A stretch of 64,000 nucleotides of DNA from Eledone cirrhosa (taxonomy: Eukaryota), in NCBI GenBank assembly GCA_964016885.1, contig OZ024742.1, forward strand, positions 189,844,001 to 189,908,000. The letters run 5' to 3'. Within the stretch, counting starts at the first letter, position 1, and every line of letters starts with the position of its first letter. Positions 27,983 to 43,701 of the stretch are shown one piece after another. Made by a program: the position numbers and the translations under genes. A model generated the notes under the pieces. That model made no database searches. It saw only the letters and a list, made by a program, of their open reading frames with translations, and was not told where the DNA came from.

Positions 27983-28293
27983 TTATTACTATTCTCATTA
28001 CAATTATTATTATTATGAATATTATTATCATTATAATTATTACTACTACTACTATTGTTACTATTACTACTACTTCTATGACTATTATGATTACACAACA
28101 TTTTAAATATGAAGGACAGGGTGCTGAGAGAGAGAAGAAAAATACCCCGTATTTGTCATAAGAAATTAAACATGTATGAAAAGACACACACAAAAAGAAA
28201 AAAAAAACAAATGCAAAATGATGATGAATTTAAAGAAAAAGGCTATGACAATTCTACTACTTACTTACAGAAGCAAGCAGCAATCTGTACAGT

Positions 28294-28360
<67 letters not shown>

Positions 28361-29062
28361 AAAAAGGGTACATTCCCCCCCCCCCCAACTGTTGGTTATT
28401 TGTATATTCTATTTAAATAGTTCTGTTATTTAAGGCTCGTTGTAAATATTAATTACCTCTCTTTAAAAATAAAAAAATAATAAAAAGGTAATTGATGGAT
28501 TTTATCTGTTGCAAATTTTTATTTTGATTATTATTATTTTTTTTAATGTCTAAATAGTTGGCGCTAGTTGTTCATGAAGTGATGAAAATTATCAACCTAG
28601 TCACAAAACACAAAACATTATATGAAGTCACATGCCAAAAGTTAAAAAGAATAACTTCTTAATAATGGATGACATTAAAATATATTCCTTTCTTAAATCA
28701 ATATTGCCTTTTATCTTTGATTTACTAAAAAAAAAAACATTAAGTTAAATCAAAAAAATACAAAAAATATAAAATTTCATCTTGAGACTCAAACAAACGT
28801 TATAGGTTAGTAGTTCTGATTGACAGTCACATTTTCTCTTAATTAATAATCTTCAGGTCAACTCATCAACACCTTTGCCAGTACATACTCCCAAATCTTT
28901 CTACTATATGCTTCTCTCATCTTACAAAATAATCAAAGGTTTTTTCAGCTTCACTATTTTAAGAAACTCTTGCTATGTATGTAATCTAAATTCAATGCCA
29001 CAAACAAACTAATACATACATATATACATGTAAATATATATGTATATATATATATGTACATA

Positions 29063-29116
<54 letters not shown>

Positions 29117-29270
29117 TATATGTATATATATATGTGTGTATATATATATATATGTGTATATATATATATATGTAAAAATGTATATATTTATTTATTTATG
29201 TTTATACATGGAACATATATATATATACATATATAACATATATATACATATATGTATACATATCTATCTA

Positions 29271-29311
<41 letters not shown>

Positions 29312-29626
29312 TATGACTGCTGGCAGACATATAACATTGTACTTTTAAGAAGCTTATTAATAACATCCAGTGGTACTCATCACAGCTAAATAGTTATGAA
29401 TTCACTCTTTAATCAGTCATAGTTTTTACAAATTTCTGTATGTGTAGGAAAAAGAAAGAAAGGACTATCTATTTGTATGAGACTTTTTTTTATATAATTC
29501 CATAATTATTATCTGCCTTAGATACAGAGCAATATGTTTATATTATGTTTGAAATAATTCTGAGTAAAATACAATGTGTGAGGTACATAGCAATATATTT
29601 ATTTATATTATGCTATATTTGGCTAT

Positions 29627-29785
29627 AGGGCAGAGAATTGACAGAGTCGTTAGAATGTCAGATAGAATGCTTTGTGGTATTCATTCTGGCTCTCTGGTCT
29701 CAGAGTTCAAATCCTGCCGAGGTCAACTTTGCCTTTCATCCTTTCGAGGTCGATAAAGAAAGTACCAGTCTAGTACTGGGGTTGA
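29627..29785 (+). mobile_element. SINE A (3' part diverged); similar degraded copies at 5105-5250 and 864-958
   Basis: gagttcaaatcctgccgaggtcaactttgcctttcatcc. Confidence 0.75.
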
Positions 29786-30252
29786 TTCTTCCTCTATATA
29801 TCTTTCTCATTTCCTCTCTCTCACTTTCTATCTTTCTCTGGAAGAAATCTGCTGTACTCAGGCCTGGAGAGGGGTGGGCTCCACTAGGCTTTAAATGCCC
29901 AAGAAACACTATATGTCAATATGGTTCCCCTACGACTCTATCAGGTGTTACGGGACCATACATATGTACAAATATGTGGTGTGTAAGATAGAACTAGAAA
30001 TACAAAGGATGTATTATTGATCCTTATAATACTTTTTATAATAATCTGTATTAAAAGATATGTTGGGATTGTTTTAATCTTAAATTACATTCCATTTGTT
30101 ATTCATGCAACACTAAAGGCAAAAGGGTTGTAGTAAAAAAATATGCTAAATTAATTTACAGAAATACATGGTCAGTCCTAAGAATATTTAATCATTTAAA
30201 ATACATACACAAACCTACTTATATATATATATATATATAATTAAGAGACAAA

Positions 30253-30297
<45 letters not shown>

Positions 30298-31144
30298 AAC
30301 ACATTTCTATTACTTGTATACAAATTTTATGTGTCAGTTTAAAATATATTTAATAAATATCAGCTTAAAATACATTGTAGTTTAAACAAGACTACAGAGT
30401 TACTTGCCTCAAAATTTAGCTAATTGGAATTTTCTAATAACAAGTACTTATATATCTTAATTTTAAGTAGTTTATCAGAACATTAAGTTTGCGGTAAAAA
30501 AAATTAAAATTTGGTGAGACAATGTAAAGTGTTATCTTCTTCCATAGTTTAAAAATTTGCTACAGCTTTTGTTTTTTATCTGCCAGGAAATGTTCATAAT
30601 CCTTCAATTATCTATGATAATTTTTGTATCTTCTCAACTTAATTTCTATTAAGAAATTTGTGGAAGATTGGCATATTTTTACAGGTTGTTCAAATATTAT
30701 GCTTACGTCTAAACTATCAACATATGATGGGTAACCTTTGCAAACAGGATAAAGTTTTTAAAACATGGAATACATAAGTAATTAATCAGATTCTATTTCC
30801 ATGATCAGATAAACAAAAACATTATCCAATTACAATAACCATCTATTTTAAATGTATAATAGAAAAAATATATATGTCAAACTACGTACAACCTGAGATG
30901 TTTGAGTCTATATGATAGTTTATTCATTTCTAAATTTGGCATGTAGCTAGTCATGTTATAAAAACAAATGTTTCATCTAGAAATTGTGAGTTGGTTGTCT
31001 GAGTGGTCACTTCTGTGATGGTTCTGTGACTGATCAACTGTAAAAGCAAGTTGATCTTACCATTTTTGTTTTTTTTTGTTTTAAAACATGCTCTCAGCCT
31101 TTCATCAGTCTCTACCATATCCTCTGTCTGTACCACAGGACTGG

Positions 31145-32955
<1,811 letters not shown>

Positions 32956-33220
32956 TTGTATTCCTTCTATAATAATAGCTAAATGGAAATTTCATCATGC
33001 ACTTTTCTGTCAAACAAAATTAAGCAAGGCTAACATCATTTCAATCATTTCTTTAAAACAAAACCCAAAAAAGTTCTACTTTCAATTACGATAATTTTAT
33101 TTTTATATTTCCATTATATTCAAACTACTTTTAGAACAAGATATTTTTAAAAGTTATATTTCCTTTATTCTCTATGATTTTATGGTTTTTGTTATCTACA
33201 ATAATTTGTTCTCTTTTTTC

Positions 33221-33251
<31 letters not shown>

Positions 33252-33974
33252 CATACATACATACATACATACATTACTAACTCTGAACAAACTACTGGAA
33301 TAATAAACATTCATTTATGATAAATTAGCTGTTATGGTTCTGTAGAAAATTAAAAATATAACTTAAATTAGAAAATTAAAAATATAACTTAAATTTTTTT
33401 TTAAAATAAATATCTAAAATAAAAATGATAGAAAATGCAAAATTTATGCCAGTGAGTATGGAAATCATTTAATTTAACTTGGCTACTTTGAAAGTCATTA
33501 AAACATTCCCTATTAAATGCATCAATTTTTATATTGATCATTATATTTAAAGTTTTCAGCTTTAAAATGTTGATTTTATTCTTTAAATGCAGCACATACT
33601 CATTTTAGAGGTCCAAGTTATTTCTATAATTACATTTAAAAAATATTTCCTTTAATTCATTACAAATTAGATAAACTAATATAAATGAGTTCACAAAGAA
33701 GATAATATTATTGTTTAAAAGAAAATCTCAAGCAGAATAAAATGGTTCAAATGTTGAAAAATAACTTACATTACTATAAGGTGTTATAAGATTTGTATAA
33801 CATGATGTGACTTAACGTTTAGACTTTTTATCAGTTTTCATTTGAATACTGCATAATAAGGTTGCTCTTAGTGTAACTTTCAGTTTTATCATATTTCTAA
33901 AACAATACTTTTCTGTAATGTTTAAAAAATCATTTTACCATATTTTATAGAAAATTAGTTAGTTTCTCCCTATA

Positions 33975-34280
33975 AAGCATGGCATGATAAAATATCTCCA
34001 CCCAGCACAGTCACAAGTCCTATTACAAACCTGATATCAGGCCATCCTCTACAGTTCTCAAGCGGGTTTTGTCAGGTCTGCCATGCCTCCTACACTACCC
34101 TTCTCTAGCATTCATCTCCCTCGTGAGTATACATAACATCTTCCACTGTCTTATGATCATATCCTGTAGGTTACTCAGTCCAGTCCATTCCATGACCACG
34201 TTATTCATGATGTGGTCACACTAATAAATTCTTAGTGTTGCCCTGTGGAAGTCATCTATAGTTCTATAGATTCTGCTGGT
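33975..34280 (-). mobile_element. Highly degraded LINE (RTE-like) 3' relic
   Basis: Reverse strand RRHGRPDKTRLRTVED resembles the RTE C-terminal GRP motif; GC-richer island. Confidence 0.4.
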
Positions 34281-35684
34281 GAATGTATACAAGTAGAATT
34301 TGATGTTTAAAAAGACTAAACCGTTTAAGTTTATCTCCAAGTAAAAATATGTAAACCAATTAACACAAATTATAATATATTTATCATTTTATGTAAGTTA
34401 GTAATAAAACATGAGGTAATTAACAAGCTAAAAGTCTAATCACTCAGAAATACAACAAACATTTTAAGGCCATTTTCCATACTAAACTTGGGGCTGGCGT
34501 TCTATGGCCCATCATGGGTTTTATACTCATCAATGGGTCCTTTTTGAACTAATGTTTTATGATTGGATACCTTTCCTGATGTCACCCCTGTACGTCACCT
34601 CTTACATATCACTTAGATATAGTGAAATTATACTAAACCAGATACATACAATATGGTAGTGCCCCAGCATAGGTACAGCTCATTTACGGAAATAGTTAAA
34701 ATGGTAAAATAGTATTATATATACATTATAAAAAGGTGCATGTAGACATACTCACAGCCACACATATATTAGTTACCAACATAATGTGTATGGGTGTATA
34801 TGTGTGTAATGCTTAATACACACACACACACATATATATATGAATAAATGTGTATATATAAATATATATATATAAAATTTAATATAGAAATGGCCTCTAC
34901 AGGATTAGAACTGTTTTATTCAAAAGAAATCATCAGGAAAGCCTGATGATTTATTTTGAATGAATCAGTAGAAGTCATTTCTATATTAAACTTGATCTTT
35001 ACACTCTACTAATGTATTGACTACCTTACTAACTGTGGTTACCCCCGATTGAAACCAGAACTCACATGTGTGTGTGTGTGGATAAATAGTTCACTTTTAA
35101 ATCTATAATTCACCAACAGTACATCACTTTCTTACCTGTCTCTTTTTCTCTTTCATTTCCTCACACATACTCACATCTGACACAACCATCTGTCTCTAAC
35201 AATGAAGTGAAGCTGCATAAAATATTTCTACCTAAAGGATGTGTGAAGTAATTGCTAGAAATACTTTCAAATTCTCCTATAGCAATGTCTACATTTTATT
35301 TTTTCAAACACCAAAATTTAAAGCATATGCATGTATGAGTCTTAAGTTATCTTCTCTTGGTATCTGAAAACAAAAATCTCCCAAAACCAAAAAACAAACA
35401 AATGCTGTAGAGTAACTTCCCTTGGCTAACATTTCTTTTTCCTCCTCTCGCTGTTTAGAATACATTAAAGTATAATGTATATATCTAACAATGTATATTA
35501 CCTCGTTTGTCACAAATATATACACTATTGGTTGTTATACTGTTTTAATTTTCTATAAATTAATCGAAGAATTAAACTATACTACAATATAAATACCTCA
35601 TACATTATTAATTTCATTGTTGCTTTTTTCCTTTGTTAATTTTTTAACGCATTATATTATTATTTACCTTCCTTTATTCTTATT

Positions 35685-35890
35685 ATTAGCACAATTGTTA
35701 GAGCATCGGTCAAAATGCTTTAAAATATTTAGTTACAATTCTTTAAAGTTTGAGTTTAAATTTCACCAAGGTCAACTTTGCCTTTCATCTTTCTGGAATC
35801 AATAAAATAAAGTATCGGTCAAGTACTGGATATATTTAATCAACTTTCCCCTCCCTTGAAATGTCAGCATTTTGCTTAAATTAGAAACAA
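35685..35890 (+). mobile_element. SINE A, degraded
   Basis: aaggtcaactttgcctttcatct...aataaaataaagtatc. Confidence 0.75.
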
Positions 35891-36337
35891 AACAAATATA
35901 TTAATAATTATAATGGTAGAATTCTAGAATTTAAGAATTAATTTTTTTTTTCAAATATTTGTAATTTATTTTATTTTATTACATATTCACTTATTTTTTA
36001 AACAAGCTACAAATCCTAGCCAAGATTCCATCTACAGACCAGGACACTACAGTAACAATACTACAATAATAAGTAATATTAATAATATATTTTATTTTAG
36101 GCATCTTAGCTTAGAATTATTTTTAAAAAGGGGGGTGGAGGGGTCACATATGCTTGCATGCATATATATATGTGCAGTTCTATAGGCATTTAATTTGATT
36201 ATTAAAAGGTTAAATAAAATGATATAATATACATATAAATACTGTAATGCTACAAAAAGATCCCTTTTAATCATACTTTTTAGTCAGTTTTTAACTTAAA
36301 TTAATAAATTTATATTTTACTAATAATTATACCAGCC

Positions 36338-36881
36338 TTAACCATTTCATGACTGGATTTCTAATGAAATACAGTCTATCTTAATTAATTAATCAAAAAT
36401 TTTGAGGGATTTACTTAAATTATTAATTATTTCATTACTAAGATTATAAATTAATGTAAGGTTCTTATATAAAATTATGTTGGAAGATTTTACTTCAAAT
36501 TAGAAAGCTTTAAAATGGATAGTTTTGTATCATAAAATCAGATCCTGTCTAGGCTGGGTTGGTAACTAAAGGGCTAAATCATAATAGAAATCCTTATATT
36601 TTAACAAATTTAAGGGAATAAATGAAACCTTATATGAGGAAAAGGGAACATCTAATGAAATACATAGCTGCTTATTTCAATTTATTTTGAAAATAACGAG
36701 TAATTTGATCAAATTTAGTAATATATCCAAAATACTAAGCTGATATTTGGAACATAACAAAAAATTTGTTTATAAAATTTTTTTGGGGAGGTCTCTATTT
36801 AAGCATGCACACATTAAAACATGTAGTTTTGTATCATAAAACCAGAGGTGGCTTCAGGCAGGTTGGTACAAAAAGGGTTAA
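36338..36881 (+). mobile_element. Two piggyBac-like MITE family 1 copies
   Basis: ttaaccatttc...aaagggctaa (36577) and ...aaaagggttaa (36881). Confidence 0.6.
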
Positions 36882-36989
36882 ATATGTAACATTATTGTAG
36901 CAAAGAGAATGTAATTAAATTATATATACTTAGGTAGTACCATCATATACTCTAATTATCAATCCATATAAGTGAATCCTTATGAATAT

Positions 36990-37430
36990 TATTAGCAGTA
37001 TCAGTAGAGTGTCAGACACCATGCTCCACAGCATATAGTTACGGCCCTTTATGTTCTGAGTTCAAATCCCACCGAGATTAGTGTTACCTTTCATCCTTAC
37101 AGTGTTGATAAAATAAAGTACCAGTAATGCACTGGGGTCGATTTAATCGACTTTCACCTCCCCCAAAATTTCTGGTCTTGTGCCTAAATCAGAAACAGTT
37201 ATTATTATTGTCATGTAAAGATTTTATCTTACTATATATAATAAAATGCAGCTGATTGACAGAATAGTTAGAGCGTCAGTTCTAATTTCAAATCCTACTA
37301 AGTTGAACTTTGCCTTTCATCCTTCCAGGGTTGATAATATAAAGTACCAGTAATGCACTGGGGTCGATGCAAGTCGACTTTTCCCTTCTCCATACAAATT
37401 GCTGAACTTGTGCCTAAATTAGAAAGCATT
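36990..37430 (+). mobile_element. Two SINE A copies (36990-37200, 37228-37430)
   Basis: Core and tail present twice. Confidence 0.8.
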
Positions 37431-37799
37431 ATCTAACTTCAAATATTCTGTCAACAAACACAAAAAACTCACAATACAAACAAAAATATATAGATAATAT
37501 TCTGCTAATTCATTAGGAGAACAAAAGTATTAATTGGTTTGTAAACACATAGAGAAACATTTGAGTAATTCTTTAATCTATTTTATTTCGTTCACAAATC
37601 ATACACAATTATTTTTTCTTCTTTTTTTTTTTCAAGTAATTGTTCAAAATTTTATTTCATAAAAAATCCCATAAAAGCATCAATCATTTATATCCAAATA
37701 TATAATATACTTTGTTATTTATTTATGTTACAATAATGTTGTTTAAATTGTTTTTATACTCTATTTGCTCTGAAATTAAAGCCTTCATTATTTAATAAG

Positions 37800-38080
37800 T
37801 GAAGACATGTGACCCAGTGGTTAAAGTGTTGGACTCATGATCATAACATTGTGGGTTATAGTTCCCTGACTGGGTGACAAGTTGTGTCTTTGAGCAGGGC
37901 ACTTTATTTCACATTGCTCCAGTTCACTCAGCTGAAAAATCAAAATGAGTACAGTGACAGAATCTGGGGGTTAGCCCTGCAACAGACTGGCATCCAGTGC
38001 AGGGAGAAGTCTTGTACTCTTAGTTGCTTAAAACCCATGAAACCGGAATATACTCTGGTCTTTGTCCAACCCATGACAAA
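37800..38080 (+). mobile_element. Older CORE-like tRNA SINE
   Basis: ccagtggttaaagtgttgg...tgtctttgagcagggcactttatttcacattgctccag. Confidence 0.75.
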
Positions 38081-38359
38081 ACATGGAAATTATTAACTCT
38101 AACCCTAACTCATATGTCAGAATGAGCAACGACCTTGGTGTGTAATATAACCCAAATATTCCACGTTATCATGTGTATTTCCTACTAATTCTAGCTTGAA
38201 TTTTTTTTTTTTTTTTTTTTTACAATTCTCTATACTATCCCTCCCCTTCTCCCCTTCTCATCCCTTTATCAACCATATCTTACACTAACTAGTCTCCCTT
38301 TCTTTTGGAACTTTGAATAAGAGCTTTCAACAGAACACACCATCTACAGCTACTACTAC

Positions 38360-38390
<31 letters not shown>

Positions 38391-38559
38391 CCTACTACTA
38401 TTAGTACTTCTACTCCTACTACTACAAGGGAATGATCGTCTTGTGTTTTTATACAGTTTCCAACAGTATTCCACTCACATTCTTTGCGTTAATAAAACAG
38501 TAGAAATAACAATGTGTTTGTTCTCTCTCTTTCTCTCTGTATAAACATATATATATGTA

Positions 38560-38921
38560 CACTGTAAAGGGTTCGTGTAGGTGTTACGACAAGGAGCATC
38601 CAGCCCACACTGTAAATGTAGTTGTGTAGGAGTCACGACAAAAAGCACCCAGCACACACTGTAAATGTGGTTGTGTTGGTGACACAATAAAAAGCACCCA
38701 GCTCACTCTGTAAAGTGGCCATGTGGGAGTCACGACAAAAAGCACCCACCACACACTGCAAATGTGATTGGCATTAGGAAGGGCATCCAGCCATAGAAAC
38801 CTTTCTAAAAACAGCTTTATATGAGCAAGACACGGTCACCTGGCCCAACTTGCCTCTAATGGAACAACCTGTTCAACCCATGGTAGCATGGAAAATGGAT
38901 GTTAAACAATGATGATGATGA
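38560..38921 (+). mobile_element. RTE 3' tail with ~5 internal ~48-bp repeats
   Basis: Repeated cacactgtaaatgtgg...aaaagcacccagc, then ttaggaagggcatccagcc and (GAT)n tail. Confidence 0.8.
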
Positions 38922-38925
38922 TTAT

Positions 38926-39276
38926 ATATTTCATTTCATTTTTTTCATTTCATTTTTACGTACGCTTTTCCCTGCTTGCAAGGGTGGGACGGGAACTGAT
39001 ACTGGCTTGATTTCTACAGCTGGATGCCCTTCCTAACACCAACCTCATTTACAGTGAGTGCTGGGTGCTTTTTTGCCATGGCACCTCCACGACCACTTTG
39101 CAGTGGAATGATAGGGACCCCTGTCCCTATCATCTCATTTCTACAGCTGAGTAAACTGGAACAATGTGAAATAAAGTGTCTTGCTCAAGGAAACAACACA
39201 TCACCTGGTCCGAGAATTGAACTCACAACCTTTCGATTGCAAGACCAATGCTCTAACCACTAAGCCATATGCCTCC
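38926..39276 (-). mobile_element. SINE family B, full length
   Basis: Near-identical reverse complement of 7760-8106. Confidence 0.92.
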
Positions 39277-39479
39277 ATTATATATATGTAAAATCCCACC
39301 CATAGCGCCACAGTCAGTATTTTACATATCTCTATATCAACTCTGCATCTCCCCCATGCATTGAGTATTCCCATGACTATAGTGGTCTTCCTGGACTCAG
39401 GACTGCAGACTATAATTATTAATGTGTTGTTAGGAACATAACTTAAGAAATATTCTAAAATAAAATTATGATAGAAGCG

Positions 39480-39830
39480 ACCAAATATGAGATTCTTATG
39501 AAGGGTCTTTGGATTAAAATTACTTGATAGAGTGCGTAACTCAGAAACCAGGTAGAGCTGCTACTTCTCTAAATTGAGAGATCATAGCTCCAATGCTACA
39601 GACATGTAGTTATAATGTCTCAGGAAACAAGTGCTGGACAGATTTTACAAGTAAAACCAACCAACAGGAAACTCAGGGTTAGATCCCAAGCAAGATAGTT
39701 AGATAACATCCATGAGCTTGGCTGGTCTTTCTTGGGGATCCAGCCAGATCAAATCGAGACGGTTGTATCTGACAGGATACACTGGAAGGCATGTTTGAGA
39801 ACTCTTTCCTCAGGACCTTCCTGGGGAGGA
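39480..39830 (+). mobile_element. Old RTE fragment, same family as 43090-43400
   Basis: Shares ccaggtagagc..ctacttctct, agatcccaagcaagat, ataacatccatgagcttggctggtct. Confidence 0.72.
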
Positions 39831-39894
39831 GGAGGAGGAGGAGGAGGAGAAGCAGAAGATAAATATAAACATTTGAAAACAAACATTATTGTAT

Positions 39895-40078
39895 AAGGGC
39901 GGTGGATTGGCAGAATCAGTAGAGCGTCAGACACCATGTTTTGCAGCATAGAGTTACAGCCTTTTACGGTCTGAGTTCAAATCCCGCTGAGGTTAACTTT
40001 CATCCTTAAGAAGTCGATAAAATAAAGTACCAGTAATGCACTGGGATAATTGCTGGCCTTGTGCCAAAAGTAAAAACA
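39895..40078 (+). mobile_element. SINE A with TSD attattgtat
   Basis: TSD at 39885-39894 and 40079-40088. Confidence 0.85.
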
Positions 40079-40337
40079 ATTATTGTATGATAAGACTGGG
40101 AGTGGTTTCAGATGGTTTGGTATCAAATGAGTTAAAGCTAATAAAATGTATCAGATAGAAATACATGATATTCAAATGTACAAGAAAGAATGTTCTGGTT
40201 TAGGAAAAGCCATATTACTACAAATTGTGTGTTTTTGTTATGTAAGAGAATATTGTAAAATTTATGGATGAATGGATGTGAAAAGGTGTCAGTGATCAAT
40301 AGTTACAAAAATAACAATACAAGATCAATAATGTGTA

Positions 40338-40705
40338 CTACTGGGTCTTGAATAGTAGTCCCCACCCTGCTTATTAATTTTTCAGATGTTTTTCTAACCC
40401 TCTCACTCATATGCCAGACCCTCCTCTCCCGCTTATTAAATTTTGCTAATCTATCTCCAGGAAAATGTTATTTTAAGTGCTAGCATCCCTGCAACAATTA
40501 ATCTACTTTATACATTAAATAACATTATTCATGACAAAAAAAGTATATTACTAGAAATTCCATACATTATAAAATAAATAGGATGTAAGCTAAACGACTA
40601 ATTTTTTTTTTTTTTTAAATCAATGAAGACGACCAAGAAAAATTACCGATTTTCCAAAGCCGCCACTTATTCCGACCCCCTTCCCTATTATTTGGGACCC
40701 AAGAG
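40338..40705. mobile_element. Tc1/mariner-type MITE (TA-flanked, imperfect TIR)
   Basis: ta|ctactgggtcttgaatagtag ... ctattatttgggacccaagag|ta. Confidence 0.65.
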
Positions 40706-40860
40706 TAGTCATGTAGCCTTATGATTAGAGTGTTGAGCTCACAACTGTAAGGTTGGGGGGTTCAAGTCTTGAACTGGGCAGCATGTTATGTCATTGAACA
40801 GGACACTTTATTTCATATTGCTCTAATTTATTCAGCTGGAAAAACATGTAGCAGCAATAG
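40706..40860 (+). mobile_element. Degraded CORE-like tRNA SINE
   Basis: gggttcaagtc...gacactttatttcatattgctc. Confidence 0.6.
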
Positions 40861-40907
40861 CTGGAGGTTAACTATGCAATTGGAGTTTAACTCTGCAATA
40901 AACTGAT

Positions 40908-41241
40908 CTCATACACTGTTCACTTTCCTGACTTTTGTACATTATTCTATGATGGATTAGCTGTATCGGTAGGGCACCGGACAACATGCTTTGTGGCATA
41001 GACTTACAGTCCTTTATGTTCTGAGTTTAAGTCCCGCCGAGGTTAACTTTGCCTTTCATCCTTACGGGGCCGATAGAATAAAGTACCAATAATGCACTGG
41101 GACCAATTTAATTAACTTTCCCATCCCCTAAAATTGTTGGCTTTGTGCCTAAATAAAAAACAATTATTCTATGTACTATACATGCACTTTTGATGAGTTG
41201 TAGTGCACCTAAGCACTGTATACAATAATTTCCATTTCATT
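40908..41241 (+). mobile_element. 3' UTR of the same CR1/L2-like LINE in opposite orientation, split by a SINE
   Basis: 40908-40951 + 41163-41241 is the reverse complement of 41380-41487. Confidence 0.7.
40952..41162 (+). mobile_element. SINE A inserted in a LINE 3' UTR, 11-bp TSD
   Basis: attattctatg at 40941-40951 and 41163-41173. Confidence 0.88.
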
Positions 41242-41379
41242 TCTCTTGTTTACAATCTTAGCTGCCTAACATCATGTGAAATCATATTAAGCCCCAGCCT
41301 GATGCACCTCTGGGCTTTGGGTAGACTTTAACTTTAGCTGTTTTAACAAGATCAATAAGATTAGATATCAAGACATATG

Positions 41380-41650
41380 ATAATGAAAATGATTGTGTAC
41401 AGTGCTCAGGTGTACTACAACTCATCAAAGGTGCATGTATAGTACATAGAATAATGTACAGAAGTCTGGAAAGTGAAGTGTATGAGTCATGCTAAACACA
41501 CAGATACACAGTCACTCACACACACATGCATGCATATGAAGGGGGAAAATCAGGTGTAGTGTTGGCAAATTTCAAAAAGCTTAGAGGTTTTGAAGGATGC
41601 AGTGTCCCAACAGCTAACAAATGATGCGGGTAGTTTGTTCCAGATTAGAT
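41380..41650 (-). mobile_element. CR1/L2-like LINE 3' end
   Basis: Reverse strand IWNKLPASFVSC...ASFKT (WNxLP...FK), followed by 3' UTR. Confidence 0.7.
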
Positions 41651-42038
41651 GTAAGGGTATTATTTATAATGATCAGCATTCTAACTCTACCCAAAACAAA
41701 TATATTATGAGCCCGCGAGGTGGAGTGGCTGTTCCAGTGAATCTCCCTTGCTGTCCTCCAGGACAATGTATTCTCCATCCTGTCGGTTGGGACCCAGGGT
41801 GGAGGATACTCATTCAGACGTCACTTTCTCTCTATTTCTATATGTAAGAATAACTTGAATCAATGGTTTAATATTTTCATAGAAATTGTTGTTAATGGAG
41901 GAGTATATTTAAAGCATATACAATATGTTTATGTATATGTATATGTACAACAAGAAATATATATACATAAGTCTCTGTGAGACTTATGTATGTATCATAC
42001 TTCTGTGATCATACTTCTGTAGCCATGTGAGAATGCCA

Positions 42039-42077
42039 GACACTAGCATTTCAAGATTTTTATCCATCTTCAGTGAC
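42039..42077 (-). ncRNA. Hammerhead-ribozyme-like motif (degenerate)
   Basis: gtca-CTGAAGA-tggataaaaatctt-GAAA-tgc-tagtg. Confidence 0.4.
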
Positions 42078-42785
42078 GTTTACTCACACAATGCTAAGGC
42101 AAGAATTAACTACAGTTTGTATAGATTTTATGTATGGTGCATCTACTGCACCATACATTTTCATATAGTCCAAGCTTGATATGTTGGTATTTATAGCAGT
42201 AGCAGTGCCTGATTCATAATAGAGTTATGTATGAAAGCATATATACATAGTACCTGTAGCATAATCACAGCTTTAAAAAACACCCATAGAAAGACTTATG
42301 TATAATTATTATACATAAACATATTGTATGTACACATCTATTATGAATCATGTTAGTACTACTGTTGCTTGTAGAGCTCCCATTTGTGTAGGTTTAGCTC
42401 ACCTCATATGAAAATACATGTTATAGGATGTTTCTGGGTGTTTTAATGATAGTGCCCCCAGTTTTATTTTGTTATTGTTACAATTCACACCTTTGTTGGT
42501 TTAGATACCCTTGTTATGAGGTTGCATGGTATAGGATGTGTGTGGGTGTTTTAACGAGCATGTCTTTCAACCCTATCGTGTGTCATATTTCCAGTGACTG
42601 GAGATAGGATTTAAACTCAGAGAAAAGAAAATCCAAGCAGGAACAGCTATAGACCAAACTGGTATGTCTTTTTATAATTTAATTATTTCTCTCTGTGTTG
42701 TATTATGTTTTCTGGCATTGTAAATAAAAGAATGTGATCAATTTCTTCTACTTTAGTATACTAAAATATGAATTAATTTAATAAC

Positions 42786-43001
42786 TTAACCCTCTACTCT
42801 ATATATGTACTATTGTATTTTCACAGTAAAGGCTTTACCTCACATAATTATCTCACATAATATAAAATCTATGAGATTTTGTTATTATTTATTTTGAGAA
42901 CTACCTTAACATTGGTATGAGCGGCCAGTTACAGCCAGTTTGAACAGAAGAGGTGAGAGAATTCAGACCGGATACAGCCGGTTTAAGTGCTAAAGGGTTA
43001 A
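42786..43001 (+). mobile_element. piggyBac-like MITE family 2
   Basis: TTAA-CCCT...AAAGGG-TTAA; homologous to 52457-52664. Confidence 0.72.
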
Positions 43002-43089
43002 TAAGCATTAGGAAAACTTGAAATTTGAATTGTAGTCATTCCAATCAAATGAGTACAATAATAGTCAATCACTATCATTTTATAAAGAT

Positions 43090-43400
43090 CAACTATCAGT
43101 GAGTCACTCCAGGTAGAGCCACTACTTCTCTGAATTGAGGGATCACAGCTCTGATATTATGAGGATGTGGTTATAATGTTTTTGGAAAGAATTGCTAAAC
43201 AGATTTTTCAGGCAAAACCAGCCGACAGGAGACCCAGGGGTAGATCCCAAGCAAGATGGTTGGATAACATCCATGAGCTTGGCTGGTCTCACATGGAGAT
43301 CCAGCTTGATCAATTGGAGATGGTTGCTTCTGACAGGACACACTGGAAGGGGTGTTTGAAGACTCTGCCCCATAACCCTCTCAGGAATAAGTGAACAAAG
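43090..43400 (+). mobile_element. Old RTE (Expander/Rex3-like) C-terminal fragment
   Basis: QVEPLLL*IE.SQL...RRPRGRSQARWLDNI...DRTHWK. Confidence 0.75.
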
Positions 43401-43701
43401 AAATGGAAGGAATGAAGGAACATTTGTGTCAGGATGTTAAATTAATTATAATTAAATTTTCAGGATCAATTTTCATGCAACACCAAATTTTGGTTTCCTT
43501 CTTCTTATATTTTTTGTTAATGATGAAATGTTTTAAAATAAACATACAATACTGAATACTGATCTGTGATATCACATAACAACACTTTATGTTCTCCTTT
43601 CCTTGCTCATTATGTTTTGACATGGCTTCTACAGTTGAATGCCCTTCCTAATTCCAACCACTTTACAAAGTATATATGGTACATTTTATAATGACACCAA
43701 C

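Noticed and set aside
35135-35363. Possible - strand exon with good splice-like ends
   Set aside because: No continuous open frame and no supporting neighbours
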